The notes beneath the pieces are model-generated. The model was not told the DNA's origin. It did not search any database and saw nothing but the letters and a program-made list of their open reading frames with translations. A stretch of 17,525 nucleotides of DNA from Candidatus Thorarchaeota archaeon. Lineage in GTDB: Archaea; Asgardarchaeota; Thorarchaeia; Thorarchaeales; Thorarchaeaceae. The first letter of the stretch is position 1. Each line of letters begins with the position of its first letter. A program made the position numbers and the translations under genes. The stretch is from the NCBI GenBank assembly GCA_016839605.1, contig JAEOTX010000128.1:1-17525 (forward strand). The letters run 5' to 3'. This document shows, one piece after another, positions 17,048-17,525 of the stretch.

Positions 17048-17525
17048 ATGATGAAGCCTGCTATTATTCAGCCTGTGGAGGAAACAGATAGAGAGTGGGT
17101 CCGACAGGTCTCTATTGAGCATTGGGCATCTGAAATCGTCGTCACAAGAAACAGCGTGTATCTAGTTGAAGAACAACCCGGATTCATAGCTCATCTAGAC
17201 AAGCAGCGAGTTGGATTGGCTACCTATAGAATAGAATTCAATCTATGCGAAATCCTCACCTTGAACAGTCTTGTACCAGGAAGAGGAATTGGCTCAATGC
17301 TCCTCGCGGCAGTAGAAGAAGCAGCCAAACAGCAGCAGTGCAAGAGGATCTGGGTGATAACTACAAACAACAACCTCGAGGCTCTAGGGTTCTACCAGAA
17401 GCGTGGTTATGCAATAAAGGCAATTCATAGCAACGCTATCGAGAAATCAAGAAGACTGAAACCCGAGATTCCACTTGTTGCAGAGAACGGCATTCCTATT
17501 CGAGATGAGATTGAGCTTGAGAAAT
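17048..17525 (+). CDS. GNAT family N-acetyltransferase, 3'-truncated by the window (absent from the ORF track)
   Basis: Manual translation MMKPAIIQPVEETDREWV...EILTLNSLVPGRGIGSMLL...RIWVITTNNNLEALGFYQKRGY...SRRLKPEIP...GIPIRDEIELEK, open to the window end. Confidence 0.92.
   Translation, partial: MMKPAIIQPVEETDREWVRQVSIEHWASEIVVTRNSVYLVEEQPGFIAHLDKQRVGLATYRIEFNLCEILTLNSLVPGRGIGSMLLAAVEEAAKQQQCKRIWVITTNNNLEALGFYQKRGYAIKAIHSNAIEKSRRLKPEIPLVAENGIPIRDEIELEK

Noticed and set aside
72-17430. Remaining short ORFs in the track (e.g. 72..308, 640..828, 1382..1777, 1674..1943, 6325..6636, 11741..12028, 15860..16348, 17245..17430)
   Set aside because: They overlap well-supported genes in antisense or alternative frames and carry no recognisable motifs.

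Overview
Gene-dense archaeal chromosomal window. It is most consistent with an Asgard archaeon, plausibly Thorarchaeota-like; this is inferred from the archaeal-type DNA ligase, AF0577-type radical SAM, TATA-like promoters and Thr-rich, C-terminally anchored surface proteins, and is not proven. It holds about 18 CDSs: a partial amidohydrolase, a small thioredoxin-fold protein, a PRC-barrel protein, an ATP-dependent DNA ligase, an MBL-fold hydrolase, a membrane protein plus winged-helix regulator pair, a YyaL/SPATA20-like protein, a secreted C39/BtrH-like cysteine peptidase, an acyl-CoA synthetase, several membrane or secreted hypotheticals (one CorA-like, one lectin-like with a poly-Thr stalk), a radical SAM/SPASM enzyme and two GNATs (the last is missing from the ORF track). 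I saw no rRNA, tRNA, CRISPR array or mobile element. No complete novel system can be demonstrated from sequence alone. The best leads are the GMN-less CorA-like protein with a tandem-repeat promoter, the surface-anchored papain-fold enzyme, the PRC-barrel/thioredoxin unit and the orphan radical SAM next to GNATs.
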